Shown in pieces: positions 1-8,443 of a stretch of 32,000 bases of DNA; the first letter of the stretch is position 1; the number at the start of each line of letters is the position of its first letter. The stretch comes from Erysipelotrichaceae bacterium. Lineage in GTDB: Bacteria > Bacillota_I > Bacilli_A > Erysipelotrichales > Erysipelotrichaceae. The notes below the pieces were generated by a model. That model was not told the DNA's origin, did not search any database, and worked only from the letters and a program-made list of their open reading frames with translations. Both the position numbers and the translations under genes were made by a program. The stretch covers positions 570,001 to 602,000 of the forward strand of contig OY781039.1 in assembly GCA_963676105.1 (NCBI GenBank). Direction: 5' to 3'.

Positions 1-486
1 ACGGGTATTAGTGAATTTAATAGATCTGAAATCTTACCATCTCAAATTCCTTCATCTGCAAATGTTGTTAATTTAAACATGGTTGAGCAAACATTATCGA
101 TTAAGGGGTTCTCATTCATTTTAGGAACAGATTTAGGTTTAGATGATCCTGTAACTCATAAGTTATTGTTTGTAAGCAGTACAGGTGAAAATTTCAGTTT
201 CGATCTTCCAAGTGTTTCTGGACAAGATGTTTCAATACTAGGAAATGATTTTACAAATGCATGGTTTGAAAGTTCTGAAATTAATTTATCTACCATCCCG
301 ATTGGTACATACGAAATTTATATTGTAACCTCTAATGGTTTATACACAGATTTAGTCAGAATTTATGACACTAGTCTTATTGGAGATTATGATTTCTCGA
401 CAACTGATTTAAATTATTCATTTAAAGTAAACTCTGCACTTAGAAATACATACTACTTAGTTATTAGCGATATTATTACAGAATAA
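1..486 (+). CDS. C-terminal 161 codons of a larger protein of unknown function (5' end lies outside the window)
   Basis: Frame 1 is open from base 1 (TGISEFNRSEILPSQ...) through tracked ORF 79-486 to TAA at 484-486. The sequence is Ser/Thr/Asn-rich and looks beta-rich, with no motif I recognise. A hairpin terminator follows. Confidence 0.5.
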   Translation, partial: TGISEFNRSEILPSQIPSSANVVNLNMVEQTLSIKGFSFILGTDLGLDDPVTHKLLFVSSTGENFSFDLPSVSGQDVSILGNDFTNAWFESSEINLSTIPIGTYEIYIVTSNGLYTDLVRIYDTSLIGDYDFSTTDLNYSFKVNSALRNTYYLVISDIITE

Positions 487-510
487 TAAATATTAATGAT
501 CATTATGTTA

Positions 511-574
511 AAAAAACGAAATCAGATTCTAAGCAAAAATTTAAATTTTGCAAGAAAATAATGATTTCGTTTTT
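511..574. terminator. Putative bidirectional intrinsic terminator between convergent genes
   Basis: AAAAAACGAAATCA (511-524) is complementary to TGATTTCGTTTTT (562-574). A nested GCAAAA/TTTTGC hairpin lies at 533-551. A/T runs flank the structure on both sides. Confidence 0.45.
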
Positions 575-600
575 ATATTAATTTTATAATTCTCTAAGAT

Positions 601-2562
601 TTAATTACATCCTGTTGTATCTAAAGTTACCGTAACAGTAGTACCACCATTAACAGTTGTACCTTGTCCTGGATTAACACTTCTAACAGCTCCACAACCT
701 ATGCCATCACTCGTAGTAGCAAAACTCAATTTAAGAGTTGGGGCAGCATTATAGAATACTGAGGAAATTTCATCTTTGTAATCTTGTAAATTTGAGCTTG
801 TAATAGAGTTCGAAATATATGATACGTATGGAACGTCTACAGGTAACGTCGAAGGATCAACCCCTTTTGAAACAACTAAACTAATACTTGATCCATAGTC
901 TACTTTTGTTCCAGCTGCAATGCTTTGAGATATTACAACACCACTTGCGACTGAACTGCTATATTGTTCTGATTTATTTACTGTTAAACCTGTTTGTGAT
1001 GTAGTAGAAGTACCCGTAAACGTTGCAACCGTAATTTGAGTACCTTTTGATACAACAGCTGTAATAGTAGATCCAGGATTTACAGATCCGCTAGATGGAG
1101 ATTGTGAAGTAATCTTACCTTTATCTGTTTGATTTGCTGTATATGCTTCAGATGAACTAATACTTAAGTTAGCCCCTTTAGCATTAACTGTATTAACCCA
1201 TGATTGTAAATCAGCTAAAGTTCCACCTATTTTAGAGCTTACAGGAACTTGTCCAATTGAAACCGTTAAAGTGATACTTGTTCCTACATCAACTCTTGTA
1301 CCAGCAGCAATCGATTGTGATAATACTGTACCTGAAGCACTTGTACTATATTTTTCAGTAATGCTAATCTTTATACCTTCTTGTGTATCTGTTCTTGATG
1401 CAAATGTCTTAACGACAACACCTCCACCCTTGGAAACAGAAACAGTAATACTTGTACCAGGATTTACATCACCAGTCGTTGGATTTTGTGAAATAATCGA
1501 ACCAGAAGCTATTGAATCAGAGTAAGCAATACTTGAATTAATTTTTAAGTTAGCACCATCAGCATTGACACTATTAACCCAAGATTCAAGTTCAGATAAT
1601 GTTTTGCCTGCATAATTACTCATGCTTACTTTACCAAGTGATAATACAATAGATATCGTTGTGCCTTCCTCAACGCGTGTTGTTGCGCTAGGAGACATAG
1701 AAGTCGCGACATCTTTAGCTGTAGCGGACGAATATATATAGTCATATGTAACTTTCAAATTATTATCAGTAATAATCTTATCGATTTCTGATTTTGATTT
1801 TCCAACTAGATTTTCAATGACAACACCAGCACCTTTAGAAATCTTAATGGTTATTGAACTACCATCATATACTTCACTTTGGGCAGCTAATGATTGACTA
1901 AAGACTAATCCTTGTTCAGTTGAAGAGTTAAATTCTTCAATAAAATTGATTGTTATATTATTACTTGACCCCCAATTGGAGATTTCAGTTTTGGTATAAG
2001 TTGTGAAATCAGGAACCGTTATTTTATCCAATGATTCTTTAGAACCTGTAGAGATTACAAAGTTAACTTCATCAGATCTTTTAATTTCTTGATCAACAAC
2101 AGACTGAGAAATCAAATATGATGTTTCAATATCTTCACTTTTCTCAAATAGTATATGTGCATTCATCAATTTTGAATTATCGATAAATGTCTGAACTATA
2201 CCAATATCTTGTCCACTAAAATCAATAATGTTAACTAGTACATCGGGATCTGGTCCCTTTGATAAAGTAATAATGATTTTCTGACCAGCAAAGAGTCGAT
2301 CACCAGCTGTTATATCTTGAGATAATATTGTCCCAACTGCTGTGTTTTCATCATACTCTTCTATTGTTTCAACGACTAAATCATTTTCATTAGCCCAAAG
2401 TAAAACATCATCTTCAGACATTTGCGTTAAATCAATAATTCTAATAGGTCTTTCCATGCTCATTATGGAAGATACAGAAAAGCCCAGCAAAATGCTGAGA
2501 CTTATACTGATACTTAATAATAGGATTGTTACTTTTGATTTAAATAGGATTCCCATAGGCAC
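601..2562 (-). CDS. Single-pass (N-terminal signal-anchor) membrane protein with about 9 tandem PASTA-like repeats and no kinase or transpeptidase domain
   Basis: An N-terminal TM (VTILLLSISISLSILLGFSVSSIM) follows only about 10 cytoplasmic residues. Units of about 65 aa recur, each ending in PASTA-like signatures (ITLSKGPDP, IKISKGAG, VSVSKGGG, VVSKGTQ, VVSKGVDP) preceded by xSQxPxxG/SQSIAAGT motifs. The start is GTG at 2562 or ATG at 2556, with a weak SD. Confidence 0.75.
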   Translation of the reverse strand: MPMGILFKSKVTILLLSISISLSILLGFSVSSIMSMERPIRIIDLTQMSEDDVLLWANENDLVVETIEEYDENTAVGTILSQDITAGDRLFAGQKIIITLSKGPDPDVLVNIIDFSGQDIGIVQTFIDNSKLMNAHILFEKSEDIETSYLISQSVVDQEIKRSDEVNFVISTGSKESLDKITVPDFTTYTKTEISNWGSSNNITINFIEEFNSSTEQGLVFSQSLAAQSEVYDGSSITIKISKGAGVVIENLVGKSKSEIDKIITDNNLKVTYDYIYSSATAKDVATSMSPSATTRVEEGTTISIVLSLGKVSMSNYAGKTLSELESWVNSVNADGANLKINSSIAYSDSIASGSIISQNPTTGDVNPGTSITVSVSKGGGVVVKTFASRTDTQEGIKISITEKYSTSASGTVLSQSIAAGTRVDVGTSITLTVSIGQVPVSSKIGGTLADLQSWVNTVNAKGANLSISSSEAYTANQTDKGKITSQSPSSGSVNPGSTITAVVSKGTQITVATFTGTSTTSQTGLTVNKSEQYSSSVASGVVISQSIAAGTKVDYGSSISLVVSKGVDPSTLPVDVPYVSYISNSITSSNLQDYKDEISSVFYNAAPTLKLSFATTSDGIGCGAVRSVNPGQGTTVNGGTTVTVTLDTTGCN

Positions 2563-2594
2563 ATTTTTACCATTCTTTTAAGTGCCTTTGAACA

Positions 2595-2684
2595 CTAGAA
2601 GAAGGTAAAGACATCTTTAATTGAAATAAATATAAACAAGAGTAGAAGTAGAGCCATTGAAACAAGCATAATTCCCTGTTCAAC
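2595..2684 (-). other. In-frame continuation of rseP after TAG 2685-2687, encoding the expected terminal TM helix
   Basis: Manual translation after the TAG gives VEQGIMLVSMALLLLLFIFISIKDVFTFF, then TAG at 2595-2597. It is in the same frame as rseP and is a hydrophobic helix located where S2P proteases carry their last TM. Confidence 0.6.
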
Positions 2685-3641
2685 CTATTGATTTAAAGGC
2701 TTCCCTCTTAACATTTCAATAAATATAAGTAAAGAACGACCGCCATCTAAAATAGGTAATGGTAATAGATTAAATATTGCGATATTAATTGATAATAATG
2801 CAACGACATAGAAAATTGCTCTAAAACCATATTGAGCACTCTCAGCAGTAAATTGGAATATACCAACTGGACCACTTACTGCATTCAAACCAATTCCTCT
2901 TACTAATCTAGTTAAGGTCAAGGCAATGGATGAAACCATGTCTTTCATATCGATAAAAGCATATTTGATACTTTCAAGAAAACCAATTTCTTTAACTTGA
3001 TATTCAGGGGTTTGAACACCAATCATATATTGGTTATTTTCTTCATTTAGTTCTGGAGTTACAGTTAAGACAATTATTTCGCCATCACGATCAAGCGTAA
3101 ATTGAATTTCATCAGTGTAGAACTGTAAAGCTTCAACCACATCATAGAAATCTTCTGGCACTTGTGTTGTTCCATCACTAAATTGAAGTGAAACAATACG
3201 ATCCCCTTCCATCATACCAGCTGTTTCAGCAGGCATATCTTGCATGATAGGACCTAGTATTGGTTCTGGGGTTAATACAACTGCTCCGGCTTCTAAATTT
3301 AAGCCTGTTAAAACAACTAAAGCTAATACGAAGTTCATGAATATACCAGCAAGCATAACCACAATTCGTTTTAATGGGGCGATTTTTTGAATCGAACGAG
3401 AAGGATCAACACCTTCTGCTTCAACCCCTTCTTCACCTAACATAGAAACAAAACCACCAAATGGTAGAGCTCGAATTGAATACAGTGTTTCTTTACCCTT
3501 CCATTTAAAAAGTTTTGGTCCCATACCTATCGCAAATTCTTTGCAGTAGACACCAAAGGCTTTAGCACTAATTAAATGACCTAATTCATGAACAAGGACA
3601 ATCAGTCCTAATACAAATACAAATGTTAGAATACTTTCCAT
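2685..3641 (-). CDS. rseP: Site-2 (M50) zinc metalloprotease RseP/RasP, terminated early by an in-frame amber codon
   Basis: HELGH zinc motif in TM1 (LIVLVHELGHLISAK), a central PDZ-like region (GMMEGDRIVSL), and the NLLPLPILDGG motif. It sits in the conserved position after cdsA. The SD TAGGAGA overlaps the cdsA stop. Confidence 0.85.
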   Translation of the reverse strand: MESILTFVFVLGLIVLVHELGHLISAKAFGVYCKEFAIGMGPKLFKWKGKETLYSIRALPFGGFVSMLGEEGVEAEGVDPSRSIQKIAPLKRIVVMLAGIFMNFVLALVVLTGLNLEAGAVVLTPEPILGPIMQDMPAETAGMMEGDRIVSLQFSDGTTQVPEDFYDVVEALQFYTDEIQFTLDRDGEIIVLTVTPELNEENNQYMIGVQTPEYQVKEIGFLESIKYAFIDMKDMVSSIALTLTRLVRGIGLNAVSGPVGIFQFTAESAQYGFRAIFYVVALLSINIAIFNLLPLPILDGGRSLLIFIEMLRGKPLNQ

Positions 3642-3648
3642 AAATCTC

Positions 3649-4416
3649 CTAAAGAACTAAAAATGAATATAAAACATAAAAACTGACTAAAACAAATAAC
3701 AACGAATCAATACGATCTAGAACGCCTCCATGAGCTGGAAAAATCGTACCAAAATCTTTGACCCCAAAATAACGTTTAATCGCTGATAAGGATAAATCAC
3801 CAAATTGCGCAACAATTGGTAAGATGGCTGATGCGATTAACATCACGTTAAAATCAACACTCTCTATTAATAAATACGCATAAAGTGTAGAAAGTCCAAA
3901 AGAAACTAACCAACCACCGAATGCACCCTCTACGGTTTTCTTAGGTGAAATTCGCTCATTTAGTTTATGTTTACCAAAAAGATAGCCAGAAAAATAGGCA
4001 GCTGTATCGGTCATATACGTTACCACTAACATATACACCATAACTAAATTACCTAAACCTTGAATGAGTAGAATTGCTTTTAAGGCAGCGCTAAAGAGTA
4101 AGACCATTGATAATAAATAACCTGTATCAAAAGGCAAAAACCATTCAAAAAAGATTGGTAATGACATTAATACAAGCGTTGAGATTATTAAAGCTAGGAA
4201 TAAATCGTTTAAATTTAAGAAAACCATGACTAAAACCATCAACATTACTAATAAATAGATCCAGATTGGCCATACATCCTTTTTTAAAGCGTATACTTCA
4301 TAAACACCCGTTGAGATGAACAAGAATACCAAAATTTTAAATGGTATACCACCGATTAAGAAAGCAGGAATTACGACAGCTAATATCGCTAAACCTGTAA
4401 TAATTCTTTGTTTCAT
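3649..4416 (-). CDS. cdsA: Phosphatidate cytidylyltransferase (CDP-diglyceride synthase)
   Basis: Polytopic membrane protein with the C-terminal signature SAIKRYFGVKDFGTIFPAHGGVLDRIDS. Synteny uppS-cdsA. Confidence 0.85.
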   Translation of the reverse strand: MKQRIITGLAILAVVIPAFLIGGIPFKILVFLFISTGVYEVYALKKDVWPIWIYLLVMLMVLVMVFLNLNDLFLALIISTLVLMSLPIFFEWFLPFDTGYLLSMVLLFSAALKAILLIQGLGNLVMVYMLVVTYMTDTAAYFSGYLFGKHKLNERISPKKTVEGAFGGWLVSFGLSTLYAYLLIESVDFNVMLIASAILPIVAQFGDLSLSAIKRYFGVKDFGTIFPAHGGVLDRIDSLLFVLVSFYVLYSFLVL

Positions 4417-4419
4417 AGC

Positions 4420-5112
4420 TTATAGTCCCCCGAAGCGACGATCACGTTGTGCGACATCCGCTAATATTGATTTAAAAAGGTCTGCACTAAAGGCTGGCCA
4501 TGGTGTTGGTTCGAAAACAAGTTCTGCATAAGCTAATTGCCAAAGCAAGAAATTAGATAGACGCGTTTCACCAGATGTACGTATACAAACATCAACTTCT
4601 GGATAATCTTTTGTCATCATATATTGATTAAATTCTTCTTCACTAATATCGGTATCAGCTTTCATTTCTAAAACAGCTTGCGCATATTTTTGAGCAGCTA
4701 AAGTAATTTCTCTTCGCCCACCATAATTCATCGCAAAGTTTAAAATCATACCTGTGTTCTGTGAGGTTGTTTTAATTGCTCTTTCAAGGACATCACGGGT
4801 GCTATCAGGAAAGGCTGATAACTCACCAATACTTTCAATACGAATATTTTTATCCATGAGTTCTTTTAAGAAGCGTTTAAAAAACACATCAGGAAGTTTC
4901 ATTAAAAAATCGACTTCCTCTTTTGGTCGCTTCCAATTTTCCGTTGAAAAAGCATAGAGTGTTAAAACCTCTATCCCTAAGTCATTAGCCGCAATTGCGA
5001 TTTCACGTACTTTTTCAGATCCTTCTTGATGTCCAAAGGTACGTTCTTTATTTTGTGCTTTGGCCCACCGACCATTTCCATCCATAATGATGGCAACATG
5101 TTTAAATCCCAT
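4420..5112 (-). CDS. uppS: Undecaprenyl-diphosphate synthase
   Basis: HVAIIMDGNGRWAK and LLWQLAYAE motifs. I prefer ATG at 5112 (GGAG 4 nt upstream) over the tracked GTG at 5139, which lies inside a hairpin. Confidence 0.85.
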   Translation of the reverse strand: MGFKHVAIIMDGNGRWAKAQNKERTFGHQEGSEKVREIAIAANDLGIEVLTLYAFSTENWKRPKEEVDFLMKLPDVFFKRFLKELMDKNIRIESIGELSAFPDSTRDVLERAIKTTSQNTGMILNFAMNYGGRREITLAAQKYAQAVLEMKADTDISEEEFNQYMMTKDYPEVDVCIRTSGETRLSNFLLWQLAYAELVFEPTPWPAFSADLFKSILADVAQRDRRFGGL

Positions 5113-5131
5113 AGTGCTCCTATTAAGAAAG

Positions 5132-5152
5132 AAGCTCACACAAAGTGAGCTT
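5132..5152 (-). terminator. Hairpin (possible attenuator or partial terminator) between frr and uppS
   Basis: On the minus strand: AAGCTCAC-TTTGT-GTGAGCTT followed by CTTTCTT. It overlaps the frr stop codon. Confidence 0.35.
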
Positions 5153-5696
5153 AAACTGTCATGATTTCTTTGTCTTTTTCAGCAACAATCGAATCGATTT
5201 GCTTGATATGCTCATCTAAGATCTTTTGAACCTTTTCATGAGCTTTCTTCTCTTCATCTTCTGTTAATGTATCATCTTTTTTAAGATGATCATTGGCTTC
5301 ACGACGAATATTACGACAGTCTACCTTTGCTTCTTCAGCAAATTTAGAAACTTGTTTTGTTAAATCTTTACGAGTTTCTTCTGTAAGTGGTGGAACTGAA
5401 ATACGAATAACCGTGCCATCATTTTGCGGATTCATGCCTAAATTGTGCGCATTAATCGCATGTTCAATTTCTTTTAAGAATGTTGGGTCATAAGGTTTAA
5501 TAACTAAGGTACGTCCTTCAACAACTGAAATAGAACCCACTTGGTTTAAAGGTGTTGGTGCACCATAATAATCAATTGCGACTTCCGCTAACATGGTTGG
5601 GTTAGCACGTCCCGTACGAATGGTTTGAAAGTGATGTTCTAATTTTTCAATTCTTTCAGCCATTTTGAGCTCAGCTCTGTCTAAATGTTCTTGCAT
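5151..5696 (-). CDS. frr: Ribosome recycling factor
   Basis: 181 aa with typical RRF sequence (TIRTGRANPTMLAEV..., LTEETRKDL). AAGGAG SD. Synteny pyrH-frr. Confidence 0.9.
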   Translation of the reverse strand: MQEHLDRAELKMAERIEKLEHHFQTIRTGRANPTMLAEVAIDYYGAPTPLNQVGSISVVEGRTLVIKPYDPTFLKEIEHAINAHNLGMNPQNDGTVIRISVPPLTEETRKDLTKQVSKFAEEAKVDCRNIRREANDHLKKDDTLTEDEEKKAHEKVQKILDEHIKQIDSIVAEKDKEIMTV

Positions 5697-5698
5697 AC

Positions 5699-6406
5699 TT
5701 ACTCCTTTGTGATTAAGGTGCCTATTTTTTCACCTGAAACTGCTTTTAATATATTACCGCTGGTTCCCATATTGAAGACCACTAAATCAATATCATTATC
5801 CATACACATACTAATTGCGGTAGAATCCATAACTTGTAGTTGTCTTTGTAAGACTTCCATATAAGTAAGTTTATCAAATTTTACAGCATTTTTGTCTTTT
5901 TTCGGATCAGCGCTATAAACACCGTCTACACCATTTTTAGCCATTAAGATGACATCGGCATTAATTTCCGATGCACGTAGAGCAGCTGTAGAATCTGTTG
6001 AGAAGTAAGGTGAACCTGTTCCAGCCGCAAAAATAACAACACGTCCTTTATCTAAATGACGTATAGCACGACGAACGATAAATGGTTCAGCAATCTTACT
6101 CATTTCGATGGCGGATTGAACACGTGTTGCCAAGCCATGTTTTTCAAAGACACCTTGGATTGCAATTGCGTTAATCACTGTTCCAAGCATGCCCATATAA
6201 TCAGCTTGAACACGATCAACACCCATTGTATCTGCAAATTTACCACGAATAAAGTTACCTCCACCTACAACAATCGCAACTTGAATGCCTTTATCTTGTA
6301 GAGATTTAACTTCTTCCGCAATATTTGCGAGAACTTCTGGGTTGAAACCATTGCTTTGTCCAGCTAGCGCTTCACCACTCAATTTTAAGAGTACGCGTTG
6401 ATACAT
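5699..6406 (-). CDS. pyrH: UMP kinase
   Basis: [21 protein letters not shown] and amino-acid-kinase-fold motifs. GGAGG SD. Confidence 0.9.
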   Translation of the reverse strand: MYQRVLLKLSGEALAGQSNGFNPEVLANIAEEVKSLQDKGIQVAIVVGGGNFIRGKFADTMGVDRVQADYMGMLGTVINAIAIQGVFEKHGLATRVQSAIEMSKIAEPFIVRRAIRHLDKGRVVIFAAGTGSPYFSTDSTAALRASEINADVILMAKNGVDGVYSADPKKDKNAVKFDKLTYMEVLQRQLQVMDSTAISMCMDNDIDLVVFNMGTSGNILKAVSGEKIGTLITKE

Positions 6407-6426
6407 GTTTGTTTATCCTCCATTTG

Positions 6427-6449
6427 AAAAAGGACACAAATGTGTCCTT
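6427..6449 (-). terminator. Intrinsic terminator after tsf
   Basis: On the minus strand: AAGGACAC-ATTT-GTGTCCTT followed by TTTTC. Confidence 0.6.
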
Positions 6450-6454
6450 ATAAA

Positions 6455-7339
6455 TTAAAACTTTTGATTTAAAACTTCTTCAGCAAAGTTTTCTTCTTTT
6501 TTCTCAATGCCTTCACCGACAGCGTAACGTACAAAGTAAGTTACTTCTGCGCCAGCTTCTTTTAGCACTGCAGAAACTTTTTTATCTTGGTCTTTAAAAT
6601 AAATTTGATCAACAAGAGATGAATCTTGTAAAGACTTACTTAAACGACCTTCTAAGATACCTTGTTTAACTTTATCTGGTTTAGAAGCTAAACTTTCATC
6701 GTTGTTTAGAATTTCTGTTTGAATCGCACGTTCATGCGCAATAAATTCTTCAGGGATATGATTACGTGAAATATATGTAGGCATCATGGATGCAACTTGC
6801 ATTGCGATGTCCTTATTAATTTCTTCATTACCATTCTTAACTTTCGTAACAACTGAGATTTTTCCGCCCATATGAATATAAAGACCAAAACCTTCATCAG
6901 CTGCTTTCTCTACTTTTTCAATTCGACGTAAAGTAATTTTTTCACCGATAGTTGCAGTCGCATCTAACATGGTTGCTTCAAGCGTTTTACCTTCGTATTC
7001 GAAAGCTAAAGCTTCTTCTAATGTTGAAGCATTACTTGCAAGAATTGCTTCACCAACAGTTTTCATTAATGCTAAGAATTTGTCATTCTTCGCAACGAAG
7101 TCAGTTTCAGAGTTAACTTCATAAACATAAGCAACATCGCCATTTTGAACAGCACCAGTTAAACCTTCAGCTGCAATACGATCTGCTTTTTTAGCTGCTT
7201 TAGAAATGCCTTTTTCGCGTAGCCAGTCAATTGCTTGCGCAATATCGCCGTCAGTTGCTTCAAGAGCTTTCTTACAGTCCATCATCCCTGCGCCAGTTTT
7301 TTCTCGCAGTTCTTTAACTTGTGCCGCGCTAATAGCCAT
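6455..7339 (-). CDS. tsf: Elongation factor Ts
   Basis: N-terminal UBA-like AAQVKELREKTGAGMMDCKKAL. The start ATG overlaps the rpsB TAA (TAATG). Confidence 0.9.
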   Translation of the reverse strand: MAISAAQVKELREKTGAGMMDCKKALEATDGDIAQAIDWLREKGISKAAKKADRIAAEGLTGAVQNGDVAYVYEVNSETDFVAKNDKFLALMKTVGEAILASNASTLEEALAFEYEGKTLEATMLDATATIGEKITLRRIEKVEKAADEGFGLYIHMGGKISVVTKVKNGNEEINKDIAMQVASMMPTYISRNHIPEEFIAHERAIQTEILNNDESLASKPDKVKQGILEGRLSKSLQDSSLVDQIYFKDQDKKVSAVLKEAGAEVTYFVRYAVGEGIEKKEENFAEEVLNQKF

Positions 7340-8295
7340 TATTTATCTCCTTTAACTTCTGTTTTTGCTTCTGCTTTTGCTTCTTCAGTTGCTACAACTT
7401 CATTACTTTCAGGTTTTGGAGTGTATTGTTTGAAGTCGCGTGAACGACGTTCGAAAGGTTTACGTCCACGTTGTTCATTACGTTGACGGCGTTCTTCCGC
7501 ACGTTGACGACGACGACGTTCATTTTCAGCATTGATTCTTTCAACAGTGATAATAACGTCTTTCATCGTAATATCTTCTTCGCCTTCCTCTTCTTGGAAT
7601 GCGTAACTTAATAAGCCACCTTTGCTTTCAACAATCGCATCAGCCATTAAACTTGTAATAAGTTTGATTGAACGAATAGCGTCGTCATTTGCATAGATTG
7701 GATAATCAGCCCATTCAGGGTCTGCATTAGTATCGATAATCGCAAATACTGGAATACCGAGTTTTTTAGCTTCTTTAACCGCGATTAGATCTTCAGTTGG
7801 GTCAACAACGAAAATCGCATCCGGAGTTTTCTTCATTTCTTTGATACCGCCTAAGAAGTTTTCTAAACGAACTTCTTCCTTCTTAATCATGGCGATTTCT
7901 TTTTTAGGGTAAACATTGATTGTTCCGCTTGCTTGCATTTCTTGAATATCAAGTAAACGTTTGATACGTTTTTGGATGGTTCTAAAGTTTGTTAAAGTAC
8001 CACCTAACCAACGTTGGTTAATGTAGAAAGAACCTGAACGTAAAGCTTCATCTAAAACGATTTGTTGAGCTTGTTTCTTTGTTCCTACAAATAATACTTT
8101 GCCGTTTTTCTCAGCAATCGCACGCATTGCTGCATACGCATCGTCTAATCCAACCATTGTTTTTTCTAGGTTGATAATGTAGACATTGTTTTTAACCGTG
8201 TAAATATTCGGTTTCATTTTTGGATTCCATTTTTTACGTTGATGACCGTAATGAGATCCATGTTCTAATAACTTCTTCATCGATACGACTGACAT
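7339..8295 (-). CDS. rpsB: 30S ribosomal protein S2 with an extended Arg/Glu-rich C-terminal tail
   Basis: [19 protein letters not shown] and WLGGTLTNF motifs. The start ATG at 8295 is preceded by AGAGAGG. The tracked ORF's first 21 codons are 5' UTR read-through. Confidence 0.9.
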   Translation of the reverse strand: MSVVSMKKLLEHGSHYGHQRKKWNPKMKPNIYTVKNNVYIINLEKTMVGLDDAYAAMRAIAEKNGKVLFVGTKKQAQQIVLDEALRSGSFYINQRWLGGTLTNFRTIQKRIKRLLDIQEMQASGTINVYPKKEIAMIKKEEVRLENFLGGIKEMKKTPDAIFVVDPTEDLIAVKEAKKLGIPVFAIIDTNADPEWADYPIYANDDAIRSIKLITSLMADAIVESKGGLLSYAFQEEEGEEDITMKDVIITVERINAENERRRRQRAEERRQRNEQRGRKPFERRSRDFKQYTPKPESNEVVATEEAKAEAKTEVKGDK

Positions 8296-8439
8296 ATAAA
8301 TTGCCTCTCTTTCCGTTAGTCCTCCACCAGTTCTAACACAGGTAACCAAGTTTGGCACGGATCTGTGAATTCCTGATGTGTGAAGAGCGTCCGCTAAGAC
8401 GCCATTGAATAATATAACATTTACTTATTTAATAAACAA
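8296..8439 (-). promoter_or_regulatory. rpsB promoter candidate plus a structured, relatively GC-rich leader of about 110 nt
   Basis: On the minus strand: TTGTTT (8434-8439), a 17-nt spacer, then TATATT (8411-8416). The leader contains a GCGTC/GACGC hairpin (8386-8401). A role in S2 autoregulation is inference only. Confidence 0.35.
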
Positions 8440-8443
8440 GCCC

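Noticed and set aside
2685-2687. Possibility that TAG is reassigned (a sense codon or pyrrolysine) genome-wide
   Set aside because: TAG ends rplS (15609-15611) and rpsD (24201-24203) immediately before intrinsic terminators. It also ends cdsA, xerC, rnhB, trmD, khpA and ccpA at the expected protein lengths. The rseP TAG is therefore a local event.
8296-8358. N-terminal extensions in the ORF track for rpsB (8296-8358), rpsP (17854-17916), rpsD (23550-23582), tyrS (28872-28889), uppS (5113-5139) and trmD (16802-16816)
   Set aside because: In each case a canonical ATG with a good SD lies downstream and restores the conserved N-terminus. The extensions run through leader, hairpin or SD sequence and several begin at GTG or TTG.
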